Positions 51,074 to 63,146 of a stretch of 64,000 nucleotides of DNA are shown piece by piece. The DNA is from Bugula neritina (lineage: Eukaryota > Animalia > Bryozoa), in the NCBI GenBank assembly GCA_964035545.1, contig OZ037771.1, positions 8,921,408-8,985,407 on the forward strand, given 5' to 3'. The notes under the pieces were generated by a model. The model did no database searches. It saw only the letters and a program-made list of their open reading frames with translations, and was not told where the DNA came from. A program made the position numbers and the translations under genes. Numbering within the stretch: the first letter of the stretch is position 1; every line of letters starts with the position of its first letter.

Positions 51074-51600
51074 TTACTAATCTTGTCATTGTGCCCTTTT
51101 ACATATCCTTTATGATAGCAATGTAGGCTTCAGGCACTTGGAGCTTCCTTAGACAATATCATGTTAGCTCTCTTTGGGTGGTATTGTAGGTCTTTTCCAG
51201 GTTAGTGTATACCATATGCAACTCTTTGTTGAATCCCTGTACTTTTCCTGTAGCATGAGTGGACAAAACATAGGCTGAGTGGTTGATTTGCTTCTTTAAC
51301 TTGCCCAACTCAACTTTGCCTCTTTCATCAAGTGTAAGAAAGTGAGGAGGGGGTCTTGTAAAGTGAAACAATTTTACTTTCACCGAGGGATGTCCCTCTT
51401 AATTGTGTTTGCGTTGCTTGTTTCCACAGAGTTAAGGCGTGAGTGCAGCTGGTCATCGCTGGTCATGCCATAGCATTATCTATCTCCATTCTGATAGTCT
51501 CTGGTATAATTGTTTTTGGGGCATGCTCTTCCTTACACCCACCCTTTGTGTTTATCCGGGCTTGGGACTGGCTGTCTGCTTCGCTGGTTTGCTGAGCATT
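51074..51600 (-). mobile_element. Decayed RTE-clade LINE, 5' part
   Basis: KELHMVYTNLEKTYNTTQREL..YCLRKLQVPEAYIAIIKDM*KGTMTRL is a degenerate form of the RTE LEKAYDRVPRE..GVPE..DMY segment; CCAGTCCCAAGCCCGGATAAA near 51571-51551 resembles the conserved RTE 5' region. Confidence 0.75.
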
Positions 51601-51869
51601 TAGGTTACATTATTATTCAATATGTGAATGTAGCAAATGTCTAATAGTAATACTAAATATAATCATAATTCTAATTAGTAGTACTAATAGTAATCAATCA
51701 TTATAATATTCAGTAATTCTAATAAAACTAACAGTGATACTAAGCCGTTGGTGGAGGACTCAATGCAAATGGTTGATGAATTCCCGACATGTTATATTTA
51801 TGTAGTGTTGAATTATTTTCACATATTTTGGCCATCAGCTAAATACAACTTCAGGGCAGTATGCCCAAG

Positions 51870-51977
51870 AGTAGTATAAGTGGAGCATTTGGTACCCCAT
51901 CCCTGTGTTATATTCCCCATTACTCACACCAAGGTTGTATTTTAGTCACGTCTGGGGTAGTTAATTATACATTAATT
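51870..51977 (+). repeat. Maverick left terminal inverted repeat
   Basis: agtagtataagtggagcatttggtaccccatccctgtgttatattccccattactcacacc... aligns with the reverse complement of 60519-60625. Confidence 0.9.
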
Positions 51978-53057
51978 TTGTTTGTTTTGTCTGTCTTGCA
52001 AAAATATATGTGGAAAACTTGGAACCCCACCTCTGTGCTATATTCCCATCGCTGTACCTGAGATAAAATTTTGTTTGAAGTAGGGTAATAATTATAGATT
52101 AATTTTATTTTATGCTTGCAAAATTATATGTGGAAAACTTGAGACCGTACCTCTGTGTTATATCCTCATTGCTCTGAAACAGATGGACAGTTACTCCACT
52201 CTGTATTAATATAAAAGTGAATAGGAACCAAATAAAAGTTGTGGTATTTCAATTTATGGTTTATTATTGTGGTAGATGTAAAAACAAACACATATGCTCA
52301 AGTCCATATAGTGTTAGCATAATGGTTAGATTCAATCATTCATTCATAGCTCATGATGTTGTTTGGTCTACGCTGTCAGAGAATTGTTTGTGCTGTTCTC
52401 CTTTTTTGTGGCAACAAAGCATGTAAAGCAGTTTAAGAAAAAATATAAATTACCTACCGGAAACAAAGTTCAAATATGTGAAAATCTTGGAAAGTTTTGA
52501 TATGTCCAAATTTTCCTCAAAACATCAACATGTTTATTAACTACATGCTTAGCATTTCATGCGTTTCAAGAGAAGACAAGTACTTTAAAATAATATGCAT
52601 CATTGTTCAGTTATTAGATTCATTGCTTGTTAAACATGATTTAAAAAATTGAAACTTTGAGATATTTCAGCAACATATTAATAGTTCATATAAAAAAAAA
52701 AATTTTTTTATTCTACGTTTGCTTGAAACATCAATAATAATATGTTTGTATATTATGTATAAACAGACATTCTACTACCTAAACTATGTAAAAGTTTCAT
52801 TCACCTAATTTTTGTCAAACAATGATCATATGCATTCGAAATATGCACCAAAGGTATGGTTATATAATTGAATTACAAAGTGAACATAATTATTGGTGAG
52901 ATAATATTTGTCATAAATATTTTGAATAATATTCGTAAAAAAAAATTCAACTAGACACGTAATGCAAAAAATTTAATTATTGTAAGATAAATGTAAAAAT
53001 ATTATTATTTAAAATCGCATACTGCTTATAATGATATCATGCATTGGGAAAACTTAC

Positions 53058-53090
<33 letters not shown>

Positions 53091-53416
53091 GTATGTATAT
53101 GTATATATATGTATGTATATATATCTTTACAAGCTAGCAATTTAATTATGAATAAAATATTGTTGTTTTATTACTTTATTAGGCAAAGTAATTAACTTAT
53201 ATTTTGGGCATCACTGTGCCCATCTTTAGAGTAATAATGAAATGTTACATATCATTAATATGTATATATATATATCATTTTTTTGAATTTTCTTACTTCT
53301 CGAAATACTTAAAATTATTTTTTTTCTGTAAGTTTTATATTTTGTTTGATAATTTCAAACCACTATAGCTTGATTATGCTTCTACAAATATGCTTTTAAT
53401 CAGTACTTTTTTGTAG

Positions 53417-54842
53417 ATGCCTCCTAAAGCTCAACTTGCAAAAAGCTTTATTATTGATGAAGCCATTGAGGTAAATGATTGGGACTATGAGGACGAAATG
53501 TCATCTGAACTTATACCAAAAAAATGTAAAGGAAAAGAAAAAGGCAGACCATTTGCAAAAGTAAGTATTGAAAGTTATTCTCCAAATTGAAAGTTATTTT
53601 AAATGAAGCAATTTCATTTACATTTAAACAATTGTTAAATTTTACAGTCTTATGCAAATAAACAAAAGCTTTTTTTAGCAGCGGCGAGAACATAAAAGAT
53701 GGCATATTTTTAAAATGGTCCATGATGAATAAGGAGGCTAAAAAAATTGATGTCAATTTGTCCATGTTCAAGAAGTGAAGTGAGTGCCAAGATGAACAAG
53801 TATTCCTCTACATCTGCTTGCTCTGCAAGCACACATGGTTAGTATTTTTAGGTCATTTAATTTGTAATCTTCGTAAATTCCATCAATATGCTAAATATTT
53901 GATTATGTTAAAGGAAGTGATATCGAGGAAGTGGACTTAACTCCAGGAAGGGTTATACTCCCAACACTTTTCTCTTCGCCCACTGCCATTGCCAACCCAC
54001 TACCACGGCATCATTTTCAAGAACTATCATCTGATGAAGATCACGTATATACCATTTGTTTAGAGGATGCGAAAGTTGAGGATCTTTTTTTAGAGGTAAT
54101 TGTTCTTTGGGAGAGTTATTTACAAGTTGTCCTTATTGTGTTTAGGGACACATTCTTACCTTTATATTTTAACAAATTTTTGCTTTGTATACAATTAAAT
54201 TAATATAATATTCTTATGCATGCAAATTTCTATGTTTAGGGGACTTGTAAATGGCTCTTAATTCACCATAACTTTGACAACACAGAGAGGAATATAATGA
54301 TTGTGGCACGGAACCAGCTCAGTCAGGGATGTAAGTGATTTTTCTGTTCGTAGTTATCCAATATTTGTAAGTATAATAAACGAAAATCGCTCAAACATTG
54401 ACTTGAAATGAATACAATTTTTCTTGGTTTTAGTCTTGACATCCCGGAAAAAGTGGGCCAACCGTGTATTTGAAGGAGACCCAATTGGTTATAATGTCAA
54501 ACTAACCCGGTCAAGTCACCTAGTCAACTTTATCCAGCTTTTGAGCGGCAATTGCTGCCAAGGGGTATATGGTTAAGAGTAGGACCAATTGCTTCTATAC
54601 GTACATCGGCGTTGGAGGAAATGCCACCAGCAGCGACGCAACGTGAGTACTATAAATATCCATATACTAAAAATGTTTTTTTAGTTCTGTTTAAAATAAA
54701 AAAAAACTGAATAAATTGACATAGGTTCTACAACCGTGACAAAGAAATTATTTTTGAAGAGGCAATTTCTGTAAAAGATGAGGAGATGGAAATATCTGTA
54801 TGCATGGAGTTTAGTGGTGTAGTACAGATCGGGGAAAAATGA
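53417..54842 (+). pseudogene. Degraded intron-containing gene of unknown function inside the Maverick
   Basis: Exon-like blocks with canonical splice sites: 53417-53560 (MPPKAQLAKSFIIDEAIEV...), about 53680-53837, 53914-54095, 54240-54330, 54434-54643, 54725-54842. Blocks 53914, 54240 and 54434 splice in frame (GSDIEEVDLTPG...LFLE|GTCKWLLIHHNFDN...QG|FLTSRKKWANRVFEGDPIGYNVKL); the other blocks are disrupted. Confidence 0.55.
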
Positions 54843-54960
54843 AGTTTGTGAGAGCAATTGTGAATAGTCTAAAGAAGGAAAAGACATGCCAGCAACTATC
54901 AGAGAACAATCGGCATAATATTTGTAGGGACAAAATTTTTTTGCTACTGTATGACACATT

Positions 54961-57335
54961 GTGCCAATTTTTGCATGTCATAGCTGTAATAGTGTGTTTT
55001 CTCGTAAATTTGTTCTTCAAAGGCATATTAAAATATTTCATACCTCTGTTCAACATTTCTTTTGTCAAAATTGCAACATTCAATTACCTCTGAAATTGAC
55101 TTCCAAATTTACCGCAACACTTGCAATAAAAACTTATGTATTCGAATTTGGGGTGCACATTCGTCCCATAATCACTCGAATAATGAAGATTGTTTGACAA
55201 ATTTTCAATCTAATGATCGTGACATTGATGATTTAATTGAAAATCGATAAAAATCACTTAAATCGTATTTTAAAATGTAGAAAAATAGTTAACATATATA
55301 ATATCTGCATGGTCAATCAAAAAACGCATTCATACAAACCATGAAACATGTATATATAACAAAAATAAAACTCAAATTAAACTTTAATGCTGGCTGCATC
55401 GGATTTGTTCTATTTAAAAATTCAACAAATCAATTGAGATATTTTCACAGTTTTGCTAACAACACAGCACTGTTTTCCAATCTCAACCAATCAGCAATCT
55501 CAAACAATTTTTAAAAGTCTGTGAACAAATAAACCTAACAGATTTGCACCAGCATACTATTTCTAAAAGACCTAACAGTTCATGGAGTGTTGCATTAATC
55601 ACCAACATAACATTTTACTTCACTAAATTAACATTTGGAAAATTTAGTGCACCAATTACTCTACATAAACACATTGTGAGAAACAAATTATTATCTTCAC
55701 TTACTTCTCACCATCATCGAAAATATAATGACAAGCTATGTTTTTTCGTGCTCTTGCTCTTAGTAAAATATGCAAGTGTAAAACAAAGTGCAAGTGTGTC
55801 AAATGCATTAAGCAATTAACTCTCATGTTCTTTCAAAAGTTTTGTGCTGTGAAATTACTTTAGTGTATTCAAAAGTCATTTGAGGGTGTGAATATTCAAG
55901 ATTTTGGTCTATTGGAAGAAATATTCAATCTAAACATTTACACATTAAAAAGCTTTAGATTGCCCTTAATTTTAGTACAGTAAATGAAATCAAACTTGCA
56001 TGAACTTAGTTTGTGTGCTTACAAAAACCACTTGTGCTATATACAAAATGTTCAGACATTTTGTACATGCTTGAAGTGCAAGACCGGATCCCAAAGCACA
56101 ATCTCGTTTAGTTTGCCCTCGAAAAATATTTTTTCCTAGGCCATCAATATTTAAAATTATTGAAGAGCAAACAGGAATATCTATGCCATCGTAATTAAGG
56201 TTTTATCCGTAACAGGCAACTTTTGACATTGAGCGTCACCTTGGACCAATTAGTAACTGTATTACATGTATGCTCTCTTTTGTATCCAACCACAAGGTGG
56301 TGAACATCAGTATTTGCTCTAATATTCCTGGCTATACTAGTCCCCTATGCTTAGTGTCAAATGGGAATGCTGATGATCTCATGAAAAGTTTTGTAATCCA
56401 ATGGGAGCTGTTGAGTTCAGTTGCCAAACAGTTATGTCTAAAACAATTTGAAACATATTTAATGATCTTGAGACTGTCAAAAAGTTCAGCTTTCTTCTAA
56501 ATAACAATTTCAAATAATGAACTGGTCTAATCAGAAAGTTTACAATAACAGGTCTGTTGAAAATCTAAAAATACAACTTGAATCCTATTTTAATGAGCTT
56601 CAAGTTATAAATCGCATAAGAACCTCACCTGTTAAAAATCTATAAAAGCATGATAAAATTCAATTTGTAATTAAAAGAAAGTGTATCAAAACTAAGCATT
56701 TAAAATTTCTTGACATAAATTTTATAGCTCCAGGTTTTTCATATGCAAATTTTATCAAAGCCTACAATTGTAGTATGAAAAAAGGCTTTTTCCCGTATGA
56801 ATATGTCACATCATTAAACAAACACAATGAAAATTCTCTGCCTGCACATGGCGCTTCTCATAGTAGTCTAACTCAATCAAATATCACAGCAGCAACTATC
56901 AGAGTTGTAAACAGGTTTGGCAAAATAAAAGCATGCTCACAATAAAAGATTATTTGATTCATTATTACAATCTTGATATATTTCCATTTTTAGAAGCTGT
57001 TGAAAAGCAACAAATTGTTTATCGTAAAAAGGCATTGATATGTTCAAGGACGGAATTAGTGTTTCATTTTTAACTACTAAATGGTTATTTAATGAATCAA
57101 ATACTAGAAGCTTCTGTATTCCACGGATTGGTAAAAAAAGAAGCAGATTTGTATAAAACTACGGAATAATAATACTTGGGTTCAAGTATTGTTGTCCACA
57201 GATATCATGAAGCTGAAAAAACTTTCATTCGCAAAAATAAATTTGATAGTAAATAAAAAAAGTTTGTAAAAATGTGTTTGGCTTTGATGCCAAAGCTTTG
57301 TATTTGTATTGTGCTATGCAAAAGCTTCCAACAGG
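54961..57335 (+). pseudogene. Protein-primed DNA polymerase B (pPolB) relic with N-terminal C2H2 finger; C-terminal half missing
   Basis: FACHSCNSVFSRKFVLQRHIKIFH; GFVLFKNSTNQLRYFHS; RPNSSWSVALITNITFY; YNDKLCFF; FEGVNIQD; exonuclease-type TFDIE; LKFLDI..APGFSYANFIKAY..KKGFFPYEY; DYLIHYYNLDIFPFLEAVEKQ; IDMFKDGIS; motif A GFDAKALYLYCAMQKLPTG; many frameshifts and stops. Confidence 0.88.
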
Positions 57336-57339
57336 TCTG

Positions 57340-58020
57340 GGAAAAAGGGCGCTCAAAATTTAAAAGAATTATTCACTTCATGCAAATGTAGAGTGTTGCA
57401 AACAAACTAAAAATAAAGAATTATGTAATACACATGTCAAGACTTTATTAACTAAACTTGAAATATTACACTTTTCATCGAAAAATGACTACGTGAAGGG
57501 AACAGTTGTAGAAAGGTCTAATAGACTTCTTCAAACTAGATTGTATCAATGGTTTACTAAAACCCAAGAGCACAACTGGACTAATGTCATCGAACACATT
57601 GTCGATTCATATAACAATACTGTCGGCTTATCAACAAAACTCTCACCAGCAAACATCGATAGGGAAAATGAGGAAGATCTTTGGTTTAATTTGTATGGAA
57701 ACTTAAAAGCACCTAATCTTTTGAAGGCAAAGCTAAAAGTTAATGACATGGTTGGAATAAGCAAAAACATGTTTTTAGTAAAGGATATATAGAATATTAG
57801 TCTATAGAAACTGTTGTCAGTCAGTTTTTTGAAACTGCATCTTGAAGATAAAAAAACTAATTAATTTACAGTTCATACTGCAAAAAGTTATGCAGTCTGA
57901 CAACTTTACAGTGAAAAAGATTCTTGATCAGCGAAAAGTTGGTCGAAAAGTTGAGTATTTGGTAAAGTTTAAGGGATATCCTGCAAAATTTAACCATAAA
58001 TATCCAAGTCTAATTTAAAA
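57340..58020 (+). pseudogene. Retroviral-like (rve) integrase C-terminal half plus chromodomain, Maverick type
   Basis: ILHFSSKNDYVKGTVVERSNRLLQTRLYQWFT...WTNVIEHIVDSYNNT...LSPANI (matches the KA.VVERFNRTL..YN pattern); FTVKKILDQRKVGRKVEYLVKFKGYPAKFN chromodomain at about 57905-57995. Confidence 0.88.
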
Positions 58021-58105
58021 CAAATTTACTATAAGAGTTTCAAAAAGTTGTTTTTGTATATCTATATCGTTAATTATAATAAAGTTCATTTTACTATCGA
58101 TCATC

Positions 58106-58850
58106 ATGGCTAGTTCATTCTATGCAGTACTTCCTTTCAATTCATCTATGATCAATTTTCTTAAGAATAATTAACACACATTTGAAGTTAAACTTCCTAC
58201 GATGCTCCCTTACTTTGAGAGAGACTGAAAGGTTGGACTCTAAAATTTAGTTCCCATCAACTTGGAAGAATGTATTTGATGGAACTGCAACAATAAGATT
58301 TGATGATTATCACTCTCATGTTAATTTTAAATTGTTTAATGGAGTATACTCTGCTATATCCGAACTAATGAATCAAATCCAGAAAATATTTAGAAATGCC
58401 CAAGTTGATAACGATATTGTTCTTCATTATGATATCAAAAACAGAATAATTCTTATAGTTTTCTATAATTCAGCTGATTTTGAAATGCCATTTAGTCAAA
58501 ATATTTTAAACATGCTTGGATTGACAAAATTACCAGGGAATTTTTACACTGTGAGAATTTATGAAGCTCATTCTGATATCACAGATGGCTTTTACATCAT
58601 ATGTGTTTGCTGGTGTTGTACAAAACCGAATTGTTGGGGATTCGATAGTTTTTTTAAAGTTGTGCCCGTGGAACGTATCGAAAAAAAGTCTTACAATAAA
58701 TTGGTTAAAGTTCATCACATTCAATATGTTTCTTTCAACAAGACTTTGCAGGACACAGTAGAGATAAATATAAGACAAGATAATGGTGATATTGTGCCAT
58801 TTGCAAACGGGGAAAGTTGGTCTGACACTTCATTTCACGAGACAATGTAA
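58106..58850 (+). pseudogene. Minor capsid (penton-like) protein relic
   Basis: N-terminus MASSFYAVLPFNSSM...FEVKLP and C-terminus VQNRIVGDS...QYVSF..DTVEINIRQDNGDIVPF..GKVGLTLHF resemble the Polinton penton; frameshifted. Confidence 0.78.
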
Positions 58851-59265
58851 GTTCCTTATAGCTTTGATGCAACTTCTTCAGATTACAAAGTATATTCTAA
58901 CCAGGCAAGTAGAACCCTGCCAATTTTTAGAGGTCAAACTATTCAACGTGGTAGTAGACTTGGTGTAATCTCAAAAATATTTGAAGGAATTGCACCTGTT
59001 CTAAAATCAGCTGCAAAAGCTAATGGTAAATATTAGCTAATAAACAGCGGAGCCAATATGGCTAATGATGTTTTGGAAAAAAATCTTCCAATGATATAGC
59101 TAAAGTCAATTTAACACAGAGCGAAAAAAATCTGTTCAAAGATTTAACTTCAATATTTTGTTCAAAAGTAGGCGGAGCTAAGAAACGAAGTAAACCCAGA
59201 GGGAATCAACACAAAACTTCTAAAAGCAAATGCCGAAAACTGACTAAAGACATTTTCATCTATAA
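58845..59265 (+). pseudogene. Small basic virion core-like protein relic
   Basis: YSNQASRTLPIFRGQTIQRGSRLGVISKIFEGIAPVLKSAAK resembles the Polinton Q.G...F.G...QRG.GLG protein; K/R-rich tail ending KDIF; disrupted by stops. Confidence 0.65.
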
Positions 59266-59281
59266 CCTGGAAGAATAAAAA

Positions 59282-59945
59282 ATGTATGTTCATAAACTCA
59301 ATAAAGATTCACAGGAAAGCACAGCTCATGAGCTTGACTTATTCAGTGTTTTTTTTATCAAAAACTAGTGTTCTTAAAAGTTAAATTCATGAACTTGGTC
59401 CACTACGAGAACCAAGAAAAAATGCACTAATTAATTCCAGAATTGATGGAAATATAGATCATTAGTTAGATTTGAGTAACTCGTTTCTTCATGTGCAATG
59501 TCGAGCGTTACATCAAGATGGGATGGAATTAACTAATGTGGAAGGTGACAAAAATTTGCTCTCAACAACAATTTACTGCAATCTTTGGTAATTTAAATAA
59601 ATGGAAAAGAAATTCAACATGAAGCAAATACCCTCATAAAGCTTTTCTCTCAAATAAGCTCAACTTTGGAAAAGATGCTAAATCTTCTCACATCACTCCA
59701 CATCTTAGGATTGAAGATGAAATGTTTGAGAACCAAACAGGAAAATATCAAAATGAAATCTAAATTAAATAAAATGTCTTTGAGTAAAACTTTGGAACTC
59801 ATTGGACAACTAAACAGTGTATTATTCAACTAGCCTCGTTACCTTTTTCATCAACTCTTGGTCTAACGTTTCGTAAGCCAACTGAAGAAACAATTAGTGT
59901 ACACTGAAACAGATGATCTGATTGAGATTGATAAGACTCGAGTGG
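59282..59945 (+). pseudogene. Major capsid (double jelly-roll) protein relic, centre deleted
   Basis: ESTAHELDLFSV...LDLSNSFLHVQCR...NNLLQSL...FGKDAKSSH...LELIGQL; the C-terminal-like DDLIEIDKTR follows at about 59912, which implies an internal deletion. Confidence 0.75.
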
Positions 59946-59959
59946 CAACAAAAACTTCA

Positions 59960-60400
59960 ACATCTTGAACACTCTTTAATTGTTGGAAGTTTTGAGCAGA
60001 CTTTTTTCGAAGAAGTTTCATTTTTTTCACCCATTAGGCAAGCTTATGCAGATCAATTTTCCTTGCTCTTTCTCAATTATATTCTATTATAATATTTCAG
60101 AAAAGCTTAGAAGTCACTGGGTAGCAGTTTTTATTTCAGAGAAAGGAAAAAAGATATTTTGATTTAAATAGTATTAAGCTCATTACAGAAAAATTATTGT
60201 CTAAAATTTGCTCTTTATCAAACGTTGTGCATCATTTCAATTTAATAAGATTCAAAAGCAAATCTTTCTTTTTGGACAATACTGTTTAACATTTTTGATG
60301 CTTCGAGCTAAAGGATTTTCTTTTTCTTTTATTCAGAATTTGCGTTTAGAATGCTCTACACCATATGAGAGATCACATAATAAACTTTTTTTTATTAATA
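59960..60400 (+). pseudogene. Adenain/Ulp1-like cysteine protease relic
   Basis: IIFYYN...RSHWVAVFI...IF (His motif) and Q...FGQYCLTFLMLRAKG (degenerate CG.YC motif). Confidence 0.75.
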
Positions 60401-60518
60401 AATTGACAGGGTTTCCTTTCATCTAGAAATTCACAAAATGTAAGCAAAGTAACACATGTATGCATGAAGTAATTTCTGTAAAATTTCCTTAATAAATATT
60501 TTTAAACATACTGTATAC

Positions 60519-60625
60519 TATTAATTGAAAATTACTTACCACAAGCGTAAGTAAAATACTATCTCGGTGTGAGTAATGGGAAATATAACACAGGGATGGG
60601 GTCCCAAATACTCCGCTATACTTCT
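60519..60625 (-). repeat. Maverick right terminal inverted repeat
   Basis: Reverse complement reads agaagtatagcggagtatttgggaccccatccctgtgttatatttcccattactcacaccgag..., matching the left TIR. Confidence 0.9.
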
Positions 60626-61206
60626 CTCAAGCCTATTGACTTTATAATAAATTTCGTTCATACATGACTCATTTGCTTTTGATGCATCTGCTCTGCTTAG
60701 TGTCTGCTGCACTTTAGAGCTGATAGTAATTATTGCTAACTTTGATGTTCAATATCTATAGTTGGGTCATTTTATTTTTTCACTTAGAGGCATGTATAGC
60801 CAGTGTTTTAAATATTAAATCAGCTTAGTAATTAATCTGGGTGCTGCAACAGCAAATAATAGCAAGGAATGAAAATCAGTAATATCAACTACTAGTTCTA
60901 TAATGCCATAAACATGTAATACATTGTTAATGTAAAGTTGTCTTCTCCCGACTATTTCTGTAACTAGAAACACTCCTTTTTTTTACTTTTGTAGTGTATG
61001 AATGCGCAAATTAAAGCAGTTTTGGGATAGCCAATATTTACTAGTATGCAAGAAGCTTGGTCTCATAATTAAATTGTTTGATTTTCTAGACATGAAAATT
61101 GCACAGAAGCAACCACTTTGCTTTTTTTACACATACTTCAGAGATTATCGGCAAAAGACTAAAACGGTTATATAATCAGCTTAGGTACTCTAATATTTGT
61201 AGAGCA

Positions 61207-62819
61207 ATGGATGTAAAAAAAAGCAAAGCTGACTCCAAGGAGGGGATTCTTCGCTGCCCAAATTGTGGAAAGTCTTATAAAAGGCAACATATTTTTGATA
61301 AGCATGTTGGAAGATGTATTTTAATTCCGAAAAAGTCCATTTTTCCAAACTTCACGTCCAGACCAAGATCCAACGCTTTAATTAAAGGCTCATCTACAGT
61401 TTCGAAACACAAGAAGAAAGTTACCAAAATGAAAGCTGAAAGACCATGTGAAGGTACAACTTCAAAAAGTGTTGAGGCTGAAACACAAATTTCCACAACT
61501 CTGTTAAGACAGGTCAGTGTGTGCAATATTTGCGTTTTTTTCAAAAGCCTTAATTCTTAATTTTTTAAATCAAAACATTCTTGAAACCTTTGTTGTTTAG
61601 CTAAAACCCTGTGTGAGCAATATTTAAAATTTTCACTCATAAATGAGCTGACTTAATATCTGATATGGTCATGCTAGTCTGCAATAATACATGTATTTAC
61701 TTAATACTAAATACTAATCTTTCATTATGGAAATATTAAGAATTCTAGTAAATATGAAGCAGTGAATAAATGCATTATTTACTTACTAGTTTTTGCACTA
61801 TAAAGACAACGTTTATGCTTTGCAACTGCTGTTTCTGCATATGCACACTGTAGGCAGACAAAGAAACAAGATGGCAACTTATACAGTGTAATGTGAACAA
61901 TATTCTAGACGACACCCTTGGTAGTCAGAAGTTTCTAGTCACCCAAAAGCTGCCCAAATCAAAGTCAGCTGGTCTTCTCAATCTGCTCACTTGTGCTGAA
62001 CCTACTGAAGGCAGCAATAAAGAAAACCTGACTAGCTCTAACTGGTGGCAGACTGCCATGGGTGAAGAAGGTAGATCAGTAGAATGCCGTGACCTCTCCA
62101 GGTACTGGGCTAAATAATACTCTCTGAAGAACATTTACATCACGCTGTTACTACATCACGTGAGCATACACTAATATTCATTTACTTGGTGTTCATTTTG
62201 TAGCACTGGTGAAGTTGGCAGATGTTCTTACAAAAATAGGTCCGTTTTTCAAGCTAAGCTCTGTGATAAGTTTCAAGGTCAGCCAATTCCTACCAACCGA
62301 TTCTTGTGCACAATTTCCAAGATGAATACCGAACTGCCCGATGCTACATCAACAGAGAGTCCTACACAACTAGACTTTGTGGTAGAGTTTATCAGTCTAA
62401 AGTCTAAACTATTGATAGTGCTAGTAGTGCACGGCTCTACTCAAACAGTGTGAAACTATTTGTTCTCATGTTATTATATTTGTCGTGTTATACTACCACA
62501 GCACTTGACTGACTAGCTTGGAGAACTTTTAATAGTGTTAATTGCATCAGGTTTTAGGCTCAATCACCAAGTTTAAGTTGCCAATGCAAGCAGCAAGAAC
62601 AAAGCTGTGGTATATATAAAATATTTCATTTACAAGTGTACCAAACTTTTAGGCCAACCAAATAATGTGATAAATTTATCTTTGAAATGATTTTTAAATT
62701 AAACTTTATTAGATACTGCCAGTGTGGTATATTTAAGAGTGTTGCCATTAGCAAATCTTACGGAATCATATGGGCGCCGTTATGCCGAGATTGGTACCGC
62801 GAGTTTATATAAGTTATAA
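61207..62819 (+). CDS. Putative orphan protein with one N-terminal C2H2/C2HC-type zinc finger, about 296 aa, 5 exons
   Basis: Phase-consistent GT-AG exons 61207-61512, 61854-62101, 62204-62381, 62558-62609, 62713-62819 (891 nt, no internal stop); CPNCGKSYKRQHIFDKHVGRC. The last exon could instead splice onward at 62793. Confidence 0.55.
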
Positions 62820-63146
62820 AGGAAAAATTTTGCCACTTTTGTTATTTTATTTTTTTTCTATTTCATGTGTACATTTTTTTTAATTTTTTTTATTGGTAAA
62901 GTTTTTAAACACATTTTTAAGGCACATAAAATTAAAAGAAAAATTAAAACTCAATCATGCACATAAATACAAAGCTATAAAGGTAAAGCTTCGCTGTGAT
63001 TTTAATGTGAATAATGCTTGCAATAACCATTATACACAAAATACGTTACAGTTGCTATAAATGTAAGACTAGTTAATTGGATGCAAATAGGCACGGTAAT
63101 ACTACTTGATTTATGCTATTTTTGAATTTTGTAGTAAATATTTGGC

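Larger units (their letters stand above)
51870..60625 (+). mobile_element. Maverick/Polinton (adintovirus-like endogenous dsDNA virus), internally deleted and pseudogenised
   Basis: Starts AGTAGT and ends ACTTCT; about 105-bp imperfect TIRs; 6-bp TSD cccaag (51864-51869) / ctcaag (60626-60631); relics of pPolB, integrase-chromodomain, penton, core protein, major capsid and cysteine protease all on the plus strand. Confidence 0.93.
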
